Under the pieces are notes generated by a model. That model did not search any database and was not told the DNA's origin. It worked only from the letters and a program-made list of their open reading frames with translations. Of a stretch of 64,000 nucleotides of DNA, positions 1-9,853 are shown one piece after another; position 1 is the first letter of the stretch, and each line of letters opens with the position of its first letter. The DNA is from an uncultured Pseudomonadota bacterium (GTDB lineage: Bacteria > Myxococcota_A > UBA796 > SXON01), in NCBI GenBank assembly GCA_903885375.1, contig CAISIK010000061.1, forward strand, positions 1,224-65,223, read 5' to 3'. Both the position numbers and the translations under genes were made by a program.

Positions 1-13
1 ATAATCGAGGGGG

Positions 14-1750
14 ATGCGTGTTCTGGGCCTGAGCTGTTTCTACCACGATGCCGCCGTCTGTCTCATCGACGAAGGGCGCATCGTCGCAGCGGCCACGGAA
101 GAATCCTTCAGCCGGAAGAAGCACGACAGCACTTTCCCCGCCCGGGCGGCGAACTATGCTCTGCGCGAAGGCAGAATCACCGCGAGCGACCTCTCGGCCG
201 TCATCTTCTACGACAAGCCGATGAAGAAGCTGGACCGCGCGCTGCGGACCCACCTCGACCAGTTCCCCTTCGGCCTCGGCCCCTTCGTGCGGAAGATGCC
301 GCACGTCTTCGGCACCGAATTGCGTCTGGCGAAGGTGCTGCGCGAGGAGATCGGGTTCACCGGTCCGCTGCTGTATTCGGAGCACCACCTGAGCCACGCC
401 GCGAGCGCCTTCTTTGCCTCGGGTTGGGAGGAGGCCGCCATCCTCACCGTGGATGGCGTCGGCGAGTGGGCCACCTCCACGTGGGGCGTCGGCCGCGGCA
501 ACAACATCGAACTGCAAGGGGAGACGCGCTTCCCGCACTCCCTCGGGCTCCTGTACTCCGCCATCACCTTCTATCTGGGGTTCAAGGTGAACTCCGCCGA
601 GTACAAGGTCATGGGGCTCGCCCCCTACGGCCACCCGCGGTTCGTGGACCAGATGCGAAAGCTCATCCACATCGCCGATGATGGGAGCTTCCGCCTCGAC
701 ATGAGCTACTTCGACTTCGAGCGCGGGCAGCGCATGTACAACGCCCGGCTCGAGGAGCTGTTCGGGCGGCCCACTCGCCCCCTCGAGGAGGGGGAGCTGG
801 AATCGTTCCATCACGACGTGGCCCGTTCGCTCCAGGTCATCGTGGACGAGGTGATGGTCAAGCTGGCCACCCACATCGTGGAGAAGACGGGGCTCACGCG
901 GCTCTGCCTCGCCGGCGGCGTGGCGCTCAACTGCGTGGCCAACGGGGAGGTGCTTCGCCGCTCTCCCGTCACCGAGATTTTCGTGCAGCCCAGCGCGGGC
1001 GATGCGGGCGGCGCGATGGGCGCGGCCCTTCAGCTCTGGAACGGCCTCCTGCAGAAGCCGCGCCTGCCGCGGCTCGAGTCGGTGTACCTGGGCCCAGGCC
1101 AGAGCACCGAGGAGGTGCGCGCCACACTCGATGGGTATGGCGCGAAGTACGTGGAGCTCGATCGCGAGGCGCTCCTGGCCCGGAGCGTGGAGCTCCTCGC
1201 CAGCAGCAAGGTGGTTGGCTGGCACCACGGCCGTATGGAGTGGGGCCCCCGCGCGCTCGGCCACCGCAGCATCCTCGGCGACCCGCGGGTGCTCGACATG
1301 CGGGACGTCATCAACCGCAAGATCAAGATGCGTGAAGGATTCCGGCCTTTTGCGCCATCCGTCCTCGAGGACAAGGTGAGCGAGTGGTTCGAGATGGACT
1401 GCCCCTCGCCCTACATGCTCCTGGTGGCCCCCGTGCGCGCCGGGAAGACCCCGCTTCCTTCCATCACGCATGTGGACAACAGCGCGAGGGTGCAGACCAT
1501 CTCGCGCGAGCAGGACGCGCTCTACTACGACCTCATCGCGGCCTTCGGCGAGCGGACCGGCGTTCCCGTGCTGATCAACACGTCGATGAACGTGCGCGGC
1601 GAGCCGATGGTGAACACGGCGGACGACACCTACCGGTGTTTCATGCGCACCGGGATGGACGCGCTGGTGATCGACCGGTTCGTGATGTTGAAGGAAGAGC
1701 AGCCGCCCCTGGCGCTCCGCAGCGCTCGCGATGAGTTCGGGCTGGATTGA
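14..1750 (+). CDS. Carbamoyltransferase, NodU/CmcH family
   Basis: 578-aa ORF; ATG 14 preceded by GAGGGGG. N-terminal MRVLGLSCFYHDAAVCL, internal LAGGVALNCVANG and C-terminal THVDNSARVQT / INTSMNVRGEP blocks are typical of NodU/CmcH carbamoyltransferases. Confidence 0.85.
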   Translation: MRVLGLSCFYHDAAVCLIDEGRIVAAATEESFSRKKHDSTFPARAANYALREGRITASDLSAVIFYDKPMKKLDRALRTHLDQFPFGLGPFVRKMPHVFGTELRLAKVLREEIGFTGPLLYSEHHLSHAASAFFASGWEEAAILTVDGVGEWATSTWGVGRGNNIELQGETRFPHSLGLLYSAITFYLGFKVNSAEYKVMGLAPYGHPRFVDQMRKLIHIADDGSFRLDMSYFDFERGQRMYNARLEELFGRPTRPLEEGELESFHHDVARSLQVIVDEVMVKLATHIVEKTGLTRLCLAGGVALNCVANGEVLRRSPVTEIFVQPSAGDAGGAMGAALQLWNGLLQKPRLPRLESVYLGPGQSTEEVRATLDGYGAKYVELDREALLARSVELLASSKVVGWHHGRMEWGPRALGHRSILGDPRVLDMRDVINRKIKMREGFRPFAPSVLEDKVSEWFEMDCPSPYMLLVAPVRAGKTPLPSITHVDNSARVQTISREQDALYYDLIAAFGERTGVPVLINTSMNVRGEPMVNTADDTYRCFMRTGMDALVIDRFVMLKEEQPPLALRSARDEFGLD

Positions 1751-1789
1751 ACGGTCGCCGCCGTGGTAAGGCTCGCTGCGAGGTGAACG

Positions 1790-3190
1790 GTGCCCGACTG
1801 GCTGCAGAAGCTGCTTCCCATCTTCGGTCTGCTCGTGTCGGTTGGGGTGGTGCTTTCGCTCCTCCCGAAGGTGGATGTCGGGCACTCGCCGGCCTTCCGG
1901 CGCCGGCGGTTGATGAACTGGATCCCGCTGGGCCTCACCTACGCTTTCCTGTATTTCGGGCGCTACAACCTCTCTGCGATCGCCGGTGAGCTCGACAAGA
2001 GCGGGGTGCTCACCAAGGCGCAGTTCAACGAGATCGACGGCGTTGGCGCCTGGGTGTACGGCATCGCGTTCCTTGTCAACGGGCCCCTGGCCGACCGCTG
2101 GGGCGGTCGCACTACGATGCTGATCGGCACGGCGGGGTCGGCGCTGGTGAACGTGGGCATGGCCTGGGCCATGCAGCGGTCGGTGAACGAGGGGGCTCTC
2201 GGCAACGAGCAGCTCCGCTCCACGTTCGTGATGCTCAATGCCGCGAACATGTACTTCCAGAGCTTTGGTGCCGTGAGCATCGTGAAGGTGAACGCCCCCT
2301 GGTTCCACGTGCGCGAGCGCGGCGTGCTCGGCGGCCTGTTCGGCGTGCTCATCTCGCTCGGGCTCTACTTCAGCTACGACTGGAGCCTCGGCATCGGGCG
2401 GGAGTTTGGCTGGGCCTTCAGCTTCTGGGTCCCCGCGGCCGTGCTCGGCGCGTGCGTGCTGAGCACCTTCCTCCTCGTTCGGGACACCCCGTCGGGCGCC
2501 GGCTTCCCCGACTTCGACACGGGCGACGCCACATCGGGCGAAACGGGCTCGATGCCGTTGAAGGCGGTGCTCGTGCGCATGTTCTCCAACCGGGTGATCT
2601 GGATCATCATCGCGGTGGAGTTCTGCAGCGGGTTCCTTCGCCAGGCGGTGATGAAGCAGTACCGGCTCTACGCCCGCGCGATCGGGGATGGCGAGAGCTT
2701 TGTGTACGAGAACTGGGGCATGCTCCTGTGCGTGGCCGGCATCCTCGGCGGCGTTTTCGCGGGCTTCATCAGCGACCACGTCTTCGGCAGCCGGCGTGGC
2801 CCGGTGTCGAGCGTGCTCTACGGCGGCCTGCTGCTCGGCGCGATCGCAGCGTTCTTCTCGCTCGGCCAGCCGATGCTCGGCTGGGCGGTGATCGGGATGT
2901 CGCTATGCGTAATCGGCGTGCACGGCATGCTGTCGGGCACGGCCTCGATGGACTTCGGCGGCACGAAGAACGCCGGCGTGGTCACGGGCATCATCGACGG
3001 CTTCGTGTACCTGGGCGCGGGCACGCAGGCCTTCGTGTACGGCGCCACGCTGCCGGTGGGGGATGCGGCCAAGCTCGCCGAGAACTGGCGGGTCTGGCCG
3101 GGCGCGATGCTGCCTGTGGCGCTGGTGGGCCTGCTCCTGTGCACGCGCATCTGGAACGCCAAGCCCAAGCCGCGCGCCGCCGCGCACTGA
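1790..3190 (+). CDS. MFS transporter, organophosphate:Pi antiporter (GlpT/UhpC)-like
   Basis: 466 aa; GTG start after GAGG; about 12 hydrophobic segments. YFGRYNLS and GPLADRWGGR motifs resemble the OPA branch of the MFS. Confidence 0.8.
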   Translation: MPDWLQKLLPIFGLLVSVGVVLSLLPKVDVGHSPAFRRRRLMNWIPLGLTYAFLYFGRYNLSAIAGELDKSGVLTKAQFNEIDGVGAWVYGIAFLVNGPLADRWGGRTTMLIGTAGSALVNVGMAWAMQRSVNEGALGNEQLRSTFVMLNAANMYFQSFGAVSIVKVNAPWFHVRERGVLGGLFGVLISLGLYFSYDWSLGIGREFGWAFSFWVPAAVLGACVLSTFLLVRDTPSGAGFPDFDTGDATSGETGSMPLKAVLVRMFSNRVIWIIIAVEFCSGFLRQAVMKQYRLYARAIGDGESFVYENWGMLLCVAGILGGVFAGFISDHVFGSRRGPVSSVLYGGLLLGAIAAFFSLGQPMLGWAVIGMSLCVIGVHGMLSGTASMDFGGTKNAGVVTGIIDGFVYLGAGTQAFVYGATLPVGDAAKLAENWRVWPGAMLPVALVGLLLCTRIWNAKPKPRAAAH

Positions 3191-3204
3191 ATCGCCCCGA
3201 ACCC

Positions 3205-4758
3205 TCAGTCTACCCGCACGCCCCGGCGCTGCCCGTTGTCGATGACGCCGGCTTCGCGTGCGTGGGCCACCGCCAGCTCGAAGTCGTTCAGACCGAGCAG
3301 CGCGGCATCTGCCGGCTCAAAGCCGAGGTGCTTGGACCACTGTTCAACGATGTACGAAGTGGAGGCGGCGCGGTAGCTGCGGGCCAGATCGACCGGCTGG
3401 GCGCCCACGTTCAGGCTCACGACCTCGGGCGTGCCGCCGACCTCCCGCCAGGTCCACGACACTCCGGACAGCGAGAGGAAGCCCTGCTTCCCGCCGGAGT
3501 CGGCCGCGATGTTCCGCAGGACGATCCCCACCAGTTGGCTGCCGGTGATCGAGAAGAGATGCACCGGGTTCTCGAAGGGGAAGGCCTCGAAGAGGTCCCT
3601 CCGCGTGATGGGTCCGGCGCGCAGCTCGGCCCGGAGGCCGCCACCGTTGTAGATGCCGACCTCGACCTTCGCCTGTACGCGCAGCGCATCGGTGATCCAC
3701 CGGCCGAGCGCGCTCTCGTGGGCGTACTCCTTGTCGAGGGTGGCAGGCGCCTTGGCCACGACCTCGCCGTAGAGAGAGTCGATGTTGGTCTCGTAGTGGG
3801 CAGCGAGCCCCTGCAGCGAGGCGTCGGGCGGAACGGTGGCCGACTCCGGCGTGAGGTCGCGCAGCTTGTACTGGAAGCGGGAGATGGCGTCGTTCTCCAC
3901 GACCATCTCCACCACGCCGAGGCTGCGGCCGTAGCTGCCGGCCTGCACGATGTACGTGTCGCCCTGCTTGACCGCCTCGGTGAGCGGCGTGTGGCTGTGG
4001 CCGCCCACGATGAGGTCGATGCCGGGAACGGCGGCGGCGAGCTTACGATCGGCGTCGACCCCGATGTGGGTGAGGGCGACAACGAGGTCGGTCTGCGGGT
4101 CGAGCACGGCCACCTCGGCGCGCACCGCCTCGGCCACCGACATCGCGTTCATCAGGCTCCAGTCCGCCGGGGAGACGAGGCCGCGGAGCTGGTCGGTGGT
4201 GGCGCCGATCACGCCGACCCGGAGGTTGTTCACGGTGTAGATGCGGCTGAGGCCCTGGCTCGGAAACAGCGGCCCCTTCTGCCCGCCCGGGGCGCGCAGG
4301 TTGGCGCTGAGCACCGCCATCGGCGACTTCGACACCAGCACGCCGAGGTTGGACAGCCCGCGGTCGAATTCGTGGTTGCCGATGACCCAGCCGTCGTACC
4401 CGACGGCCTCCATGAAGCGGAGCATCGGGGTGCCCCAGGCGCCTTCCTCCTTCACCGCGGTGAGCGGGGTGCCGGTGAGGATGTCGCCGCCATCGAGCAG
4501 GAGCGTGTTTGCGCGGCCATTCTGCTCGCGGATCGCGCGGACCTCCTGCTCCAGCCGCACAAACCCGCCGATCTTCGGCGAGCCGGGGAGCCAGTCCGCG
4601 TGGTCGGGGAGGTAGTGGCCATGCAGATCATTGGTGTGCATCACCACGAGGTGGCCGGGCGGGACGAGCGGCGTGGGGGGCGCCTTGGGGCAGCCCACGG
4701 CGAGGAGCGAGGCCCCCGCGGTGAGCGCCAGGACCGTGAGGAACGAGCGCGCCTGCAC
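3205..4758 (-). CDS. 5'-nucleotidase / metallophosphoesterase lipoprotein (UshA-like)
   Basis: 517 aa; lipobox LLAVGC. Metallophosphoesterase motifs HTNDLHG, DGGD, GNHEFD, GGHSH, followed by a 5'-nucleotidase-type C-terminal domain. Confidence 0.85.
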   Translation of the reverse strand: MQARSFLTVLALTAGASLLAVGCPKAPPTPLVPPGHLVVMHTNDLHGHYLPDHADWLPGSPKIGGFVRLEQEVRAIREQNGRANTLLLDGGDILTGTPLTAVKEEGAWGTPMLRFMEAVGYDGWVIGNHEFDRGLSNLGVLVSKSPMAVLSANLRAPGGQKGPLFPSQGLSRIYTVNNLRVGVIGATTDQLRGLVSPADWSLMNAMSVAEAVRAEVAVLDPQTDLVVALTHIGVDADRKLAAAVPGIDLIVGGHSHTPLTEAVKQGDTYIVQAGSYGRSLGVVEMVVENDAISRFQYKLRDLTPESATVPPDASLQGLAAHYETNIDSLYGEVVAKAPATLDKEYAHESALGRWITDALRVQAKVEVGIYNGGGLRAELRAGPITRRDLFEAFPFENPVHLFSITGSQLVGIVLRNIAADSGGKQGFLSLSGVSWTWREVGGTPEVVSLNVGAQPVDLARSYRAASTSYIVEQWSKHLGFEPADAALLGLNDFELAVAHAREAGVIDNGQRRGVRVD

Positions 4759-5454
4759 CTACGCCACTCCCGCCGCGCGCTTCACCGCTGCGATCAGGGG
4801 GAACACATCGTCGTGTTCGATGACGCCGTTTTTCTTCCAGGCCACGGTGCCATCCGGCGCGTAGACGACGGTCTGGGGGATGAGCTCGCTATCGAGGCCC
4901 AGCTCCTTGAAGAGCTCGGCCGGCTCGCCCACGAAGAGCACGCTGGCGTACCCGACGCCCGCGCTGTCGGCGAACGCGGCCACCCGGGCCGCCACCTGCA
5001 CGGGATCGCCCGGGTGATCGAAGAGGTCCCAGCTCAGCCCCATGAACTCGCCGATCTCCGCCACGCCTGCGGCGGCCCGGACGAGCCGGGGGAGCTCATC
5101 CACGCAGGGGTCGCACCAGGAGGCCCAGTGGTTCACCACGAGCGGCTTGCCGTTGGGCGCGAGTGCGCGGCGCAACCCGGCGAGATCGACGGGCCGGCAC
5201 CCTTCCGCCGGCCGGGCGGTGGCGGAATTCTCCCCCTTGACCGCCGCCACGGCGCGCGTGGACGCCGCCACGGCGCGACCGGCGCCCGAAGCGGCGCTGC
5301 CCGCAGCCGCCAACAGCGTGTCGGCTGTGGGCGAAGCCCGGGGCGCGAGCGGCGGCGTGCGCGGGCGCTCGGTGGGACGTTCGAAGAGGTCGTGCTTGGC
5401 GACGAGGCGCGCAATCACCAGAGCGGCGTTTCGGCTGAAGCGGGGGAGGGGCAT
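4759..5454 (-). CDS. TlpA-like thiol:disulfide oxidoreductase (thioredoxin fold)
   Basis: 231 aa; active-site WCDPC (NHWASWCDPCVDELP); hydrophobic N-terminal anchor. Its stop codon directly abuts the start of the nucleotidase gene. Confidence 0.75.
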   Translation of the reverse strand: MPLPRFSRNAALVIARLVAKHDLFERPTERPRTPPLAPRASPTADTLLAAAGSAASGAGRAVAASTRAVAAVKGENSATARPAEGCRPVDLAGLRRALAPNGKPLVVNHWASWCDPCVDELPRLVRAAAGVAEIGEFMGLSWDLFDHPGDPVQVAARVAAFADSAGVGYASVLFVGEPAELFKELGLDSELIPQTVVYAPDGTVAWKKNGVIEHDDVFPLIAAVKRAAGVA

Positions 5455-5468
5455 CGCGGCCTAGCGTA

Positions 5469-6005
5469 TCACTCGCTCAGCGACTGCCCCTCCACGAGCG
5501 ACGTGCTGGTGTCACGAAGCCGGTGCGGGGCGCCCTGATCGGCGAGCGCATCGGCCAGCTGCTGCGTGGTGTTGCGCGCGCGCACGGTGAGGACCTTGGC
5601 GATCTGGTACACGAGCTTGTAGGCGGCGAGGTTGTCCTCCGCGAGCAGCGCCTCGAAGGCATCGCGCGGGAAGCGGAACACGGTGGTTTCCCCACGGGCC
5701 ACGACCGTGGCGCTCCGCGGCGAATGGTCGAGGATGGCCATCTCGCCGAAGCAGGCCCGGGGCCCGATCTGCGAGATCACCTTGGCGGGGCCGAAGTCGT
5801 TGGCCTTCGTGACATCGGCCGCCCCTTCGAAGATCACGTACCAGGCATCCCCCGCATCCCCCTCGCGGAAGATGGGCTGCCCGTCGCGCACGCGCCGGAC
5901 CTGCATGATGTGCACCACCTCGGAGAGCTGACCCGGATCGAGGTCGCCGAACATCGGCGCCTCCAGCAGGAAGGTGATGATCTGCTCCAGCGTGATGGTC
6001 GTCAT
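5469..6005 (-). CDS. Stand-alone cyclic-nucleotide-binding domain protein
   Basis: ATG at 6005 (MTTITLEQ); the track ORF begins at a TTG at 6023. Canonical phosphate-binding cassette FGEMAILDHSPRSATVVA; too short for an HTH or other output domain. Confidence 0.75.
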   Translation of the reverse strand: MTTITLEQIITFLLEAPMFGDLDPGQLSEVVHIMQVRRVRDGQPIFREGDAGDAWYVIFEGAADVTKANDFGPAKVISQIGPRACFGEMAILDHSPRSATVVARGETTVFRFPRDAFEALLAEDNLAAYKLVYQIAKVLTVRARNTTQQLADALADQGAPHRLRDTSTSLVEGQSLSE

Positions 6006-6076
6006 GGGCGTTTCATACCACAAGCGCGAGGACGTGGGCCCCGAACCTTGTTCGGGAAGCGTTCCGGGGCTACCCT

Positions 6077-6265
6077 GTGGTCATGGGACTCCGTGATCGT
6101 TTGAAGAAGGGTGTGGCAGGCGTGATGAACCGGCTGAGCGGCGAGCACTCGGCCGCCGCGCCCGAGGAGATCAAGCCGATGGAGCGCCCGGCTGCGCCCG
6201 ATCCGGATGCGAAGATCCAGTGGGCCAAGCTCAACCGCCCCAAGGATTCGGGCTCCGCCGAGTAG
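6077..6265 (+). CDS. Small hypothetical protein (62 aa)
   Basis: The only ORF filling the 257-nt gap between two minus-strand genes. Codon usage is moderately genome-like. No recognisable motif and no clear RBS (GTG 6077 or ATG 6083). Confidence 0.3.
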   Translation: MVMGLRDRLKKGVAGVMNRLSGEHSAAAPEEIKPMERPAAPDPDAKIQWAKLNRPKDSGSAE

Positions 6266-6280
6266 CAGGCTTCCCGGCGC

Positions 6281-9200
6281 CTACCCAGGCAGGCCCGCGA
6301 GCTCCCACTCCGCCACGAGGCTCGCGATCTGCGCCTCGATCTCGTGCACATCGGCCTCGGTCCAGTCGGGGAGCCGAACGAGCTGGCCTGTGCGGGTGAA
6401 GAGAACGGCCGCGCGCGCGACGGCGCCGTGCCCGAGGGCCGTGAGCACCCTGCTGGCCGCGATGCTGTAGGTGAGGAGCTGCACCCGGTGGTGGGCGGCG
6501 GTTTCGTTGGGGTTCTCGCGCGGGTCCTCCGTTTTGTAGTCGACCACCATCCAGGCGTGATCGGCGGGGTCTACGCAGAGGCGGTCGAGCCGGCCATCGA
6601 TCCGGACGCCCGCGATCTCCATGCGGAGCGGCAGCTCGGCGTGGCCCCGCGCGGCGAGCACGGCCGCCACGTCGGGGCTCGCGCGCATCACCTCGAGCTG
6701 CGCCCGAAGCGGTGCCCACCCGTGGGTGATCGCCTCGTCATCGAGCCCCTCGACGATCGCCTCGGACCGCCAGCGCTGCCAGGCGATGGCCTCGTCGTGG
6801 AGGCACTCATCTTCGAGGAGGCTGTGGATGACGGTGCCGCGCACGGCGGCGAGTTCACGCGCCTTCCCCCGCCGCGCCAGCTCGGCGAGGCCCTCCGGAT
6901 CGTCGTCGGGGATGGCCGACGCTGCGGGTGTCCGGGGGACGGTCGACCGCGCCTCCAGGGCCGCGGCCAGCGCGCTCGGGGAGAGCGACCACCGACGCAC
7001 GCCCACGTGCGGCCGGAGGCTCGCGCGCACGGCCTCGAGGTCGACCCCTTCGCCGCTCCCGGGCTCCGCTGGCGGGGCGACCGGCTCCACCTCGACGAGC
7101 GCCTCCTGCCGCATGGCGGCACCGCAGTTGGCGCCATCGAGGAGGTCGAGCCAGGTGGTGTCGCCCCGGGAGGAGGGTTTTGCCTTCCGCAGCCCCACGA
7201 GCACGAGCGAGTCGATCGCGCGGGTGCAGGCCACGTAGAAGACACGCCGCTGCTCCGCGAGGTTCATCTCGCGGAGGGTGCGCCGGGCGCGCTCCAGCGC
7301 CCCGGGCCGGATGCGCACCCGCCGGGGGCCGTACCGGTCGATGGCGACGCAGTTCACATCCCAACCGCCATCGCGGGCCCGGGAAACGGCCACGTTCCCG
7401 CTCGGCGACCGATCGATGTCGACGCCCAGCTCGGGTACGATGACGACGGGGTATTCGAGCCCCTTGCTGCCGTGCACCGTGAGGATGCAGACCCGCGCGC
7501 CGGTGTCGGGCAGGCTGGCCTCGCCCTCGCGCACCTCCTCGGCCGCGGCATCAAACGCGGCCTGGGCGAACGCGGCCGGGTCGGTGCCGGCTTCATCGGC
7601 AGCGTCGGCCAGCTCGAGGAGACGGTGCACGTTGGCCTCGGCCTGACCGCCGGGGGAGGCCAACGTGAGCACCCACGCGGCGGCCGAGTCGGTGAGCAGC
7701 GCGTGGAGGGCCCCGGCGATGCTCCCCGACGCCACCCGCTCGCGGAGGCGCACCCAGCGCGCATGGGCTTCGAGGAGCTCGGGATCGTCGGCGAGGGACT
7801 CGGGGAGGGGCCCGCGACCGAACTCGGCGAGGGGCTGGGCGCGGGAGAGGCCCACGATCGAACGGTCGGGCACCCCGAAGAACGGCGAACGGAGCGCCCC
7901 GACCACGCTGAGCGCATCGCCCACCGCAAGCGCTCGGAGGCAGTGGGCGCAGTCGAGCACCTCCTGCTGCTGCCAGAACCCGGCACCGCCATCGACCACG
8001 ACGCTCACCCCTTCGGCCCGGAGGGCGGCCTCGAACAGGTGGAGCTTCGCCCGCCGCCGCAGCAGGATCGCAATGGGGGGGGAGGGGTAGCGCTGCGCGT
8101 CGGCGTACTCGGAGCCGGCCCACTCCCCGGTACCCGCGAGGATGCGCTCGCGGATGCTTCGCGCCACCCACGCCGCTTCGCGCTCTGCATCGGCTTCGGC
8201 GTTGCGCGGATCGAGTTTCGGGCCCGTGACCAGCAGCACGCTGCCGCCGGTGCGCGGCGAGGCGGCGCGCATGGCCTCGTAGCCGATCTGCCAGGCCGCG
8301 CGGGCCCCCCCACCGCCGCCGAGGATGGCCCCGAACGCGGCGTTCGCGAACTCGACCACGGCGGGGCGCGATCGGTGGTTGTCGGCGAAGAAGAGGCGGT
8401 GCGCGATGGTCTGGCGGGCGCGCTCGAACACCGCCACATCGCCGCCGCGGAAGCCGTAGATGCTCTGTTTGGGATCGCCCACCACGAAGAGGCGGTCGCG
8501 CGGCTCGCCGTGCCGGGTGATCGCCTCGACGAGGCTCCACTGGTCCACGTCGGTGTCCTGGAACTCATCGACCATGACGTAGCGGTGGCGCTCGCTCAGC
8601 GTGGCGGCGAGGCCGCCCTCCACGACGGCGAGGCGCGCTCGCGCGATCAGCTCGGCGAAGTCGAGCTCGCCGCGCTCATCGAACGATGCGGAGAGCCCCC
8701 GCTCGGCCGCCTGCACCAGCCTGGCCAGCGCGCGGCGGACGATCACGTGGGTGCGATCATGCCGGGTGGGGAGCTCGGCCGCGCGCTCCAGGTGCGTGGG
8801 GATGCTCTCGGCGTAGGCCTGCAGGCTGGCGGCGGCGGCGAGCGCCGCCTCGCGCTGCGGGCCGAGCTCGCCCTTGCTGCCGATCACGGTGTGGTGGTGG
8901 AAGCTCCGCACCCCGCCATCGCGCTTGAGGAGGGTGAGGAGGGCCCTCGACCAGAGCTCGCTCCGGGCGAGGGCATCCTGCCCGGCGAGCACGGCGGCGA
9001 TTTCGGCGGCAACCCCGCGCATGGCCGCGAGCGGAGCCTTGTCGATGTGGGGGGTGCAGGCGAGGAGCGGGGCCACCTCGCGCTGCCAGTCCAGCAGCCA
9101 GACGCCGAGGTCGGCATCGGCGATGCCGGCATCGGCGAGGATGGCTTCGTCGGTGATGGGCGCGGACGCGATACGATCGAGCGCGTGGCGCACCTCGCCT

Positions 9201-9853
9201 CGCCGGGCGAGGAGCGACTCCACCCCGGCGAGCACACTGCCTGCCCCGCCGAAGGACTCGAGCAGGAGGCGGATGTCCTCCCCGCCGCCACGGAGCGCCT
9301 GTTCCACGGCATCGGTGGCGGCCTCGCGCAACCGGCCATCGCAGTCGGCGGTGTCGAGCAGCGCCGCTCCGGGCGGGGTGGCGGACTCGGCGGGGAACTC
9401 CCGAAGCAGACGGGCGCAGAACCCGTGGAAGGTGTGGATGCTCGCGGCGGGGAAACGATCGCGCACCGCGGTCCAGGCGCGGCTGTGGAGGAGGAAGGCG
9501 GCCGCGCTCGGCAGCCCCGCCTCCGCGGCCGACCGGGCCGCATCGGCGCAGGCGCTGGCCATCTCGTTGACCATGCGGAGGCACCGCTCGCGCATCTCGG
9601 CGGCGGCCTTCTCGGTGAAGGTGAGCACGAGCACGTCGGTAGGTTCGGGCGGGACCCCGCGCTCGACGAGCAGGGCGTGCAGGAGCGCGACGTACCGGGC
9701 CGCGAGGGTGGAGGTCTTTCCTGCGCCCGCGCCGGCCACGACGGAGAGCTCCCGGTCGAACGCGAGGGCGCCGGCCTGCTCCTCGCTCAGGCGCCCGAAG
9801 CGGGGTGGCAGCTCGGCGCCAGGGCCGAGATGGACGAGCGGCGGCGTGCTCAT
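6281..9853 (-). CDS. addA: ATP-dependent helicase/nuclease subunit A (UvrD/Rep helicase + RecB-type nuclease)
   Basis: ATG 9853 chosen because it forms an ATGA overlap with the addB stop; the track ORF extends to 9982 through an Arg-rich stretch. Walker A GAGAGKTSTL, VDEFQDT and GDPKQSIYGFRG helicase motifs, C-terminal nuclease motif MVVDYKT. Confidence 0.85.
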   Translation of the reverse strand: MSTPPLVHLGPGAELPPRFGRLSEEQAGALAFDRELSVVAGAGAGKTSTLAARYVALLHALLVERGVPPEPTDVLVLTFTEKAAAEMRERCLRMVNEMASACADAARSAAEAGLPSAAAFLLHSRAWTAVRDRFPAASIHTFHGFCARLLREFPAESATPPGAALLDTADCDGRLREAATDAVEQALRGGGEDIRLLLESFGGAGSVLAGVESLLARRGEVRHALDRIASAPITDEAILADAGIADADLGVWLLDWQREVAPLLACTPHIDKAPLAAMRGVAAEIAAVLAGQDALARSELWSRALLTLLKRDGGVRSFHHHTVIGSKGELGPQREAALAAAASLQAYAESIPTHLERAAELPTRHDRTHVIVRRALARLVQAAERGLSASFDERGELDFAELIARARLAVVEGGLAATLSERHRYVMVDEFQDTDVDQWSLVEAITRHGEPRDRLFVVGDPKQSIYGFRGGDVAVFERARQTIAHRLFFADNHRSRPAVVEFANAAFGAILGGGGGARAAWQIGYEAMRAASPRTGGSVLLVTGPKLDPRNAEADAEREAAWVARSIRERILAGTGEWAGSEYADAQRYPSPPIAILLRRRAKLHLFEAALRAEGVSVVVDGGAGFWQQQEVLDCAHCLRALAVGDALSVVGALRSPFFGVPDRSIVGLSRAQPLAEFGRGPLPESLADDPELLEAHARWVRLRERVASGSIAGALHALLTDSAAAWVLTLASPGGQAEANVHRLLELADAADEAGTDPAAFAQAAFDAAAEEVREGEASLPDTGARVCILTVHGSKGLEYPVVIVPELGVDIDRSPSGNVAVSRARDGGWDVNCVAIDRYGPRRVRIRPGALERARRTLREMNLAEQRRVFYVACTRAIDSLVLVGLRKAKPSSRGDTTWLDLLDGANCGAAMRQEALVEVEPVAPPAEPGSGEGVDLEAVRASLRPHVGVRRWSLSPSALAAALEARSTVPRTPAASAIPDDDPEGLAELARRGKARELAAVRGTVIHSLLEDECLHDEAIAWQRWRSEAIVEGLDDEAITHGWAPLRAQLEVMRASPDVAAVLAARGHAELPLRMEIAGVRIDGRLDRLCVDPADHAWMVVDYKTEDPRENPNETAAHHRVQLLTYSIAASRVLTALGHGAVARAAVLFTRTGQLVRLPDWTEADVHEIEAQIASLVAEWELAGLPG

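Noticed and set aside
2452-5538. 1028-aa plus-strand ORF
   Set aside because: It overlaps the MFS gene out of frame and is antisense to the nucleotidase and TlpA genes, all of which have clear family motifs. Arg/Gly/His-rich shadow ORF.
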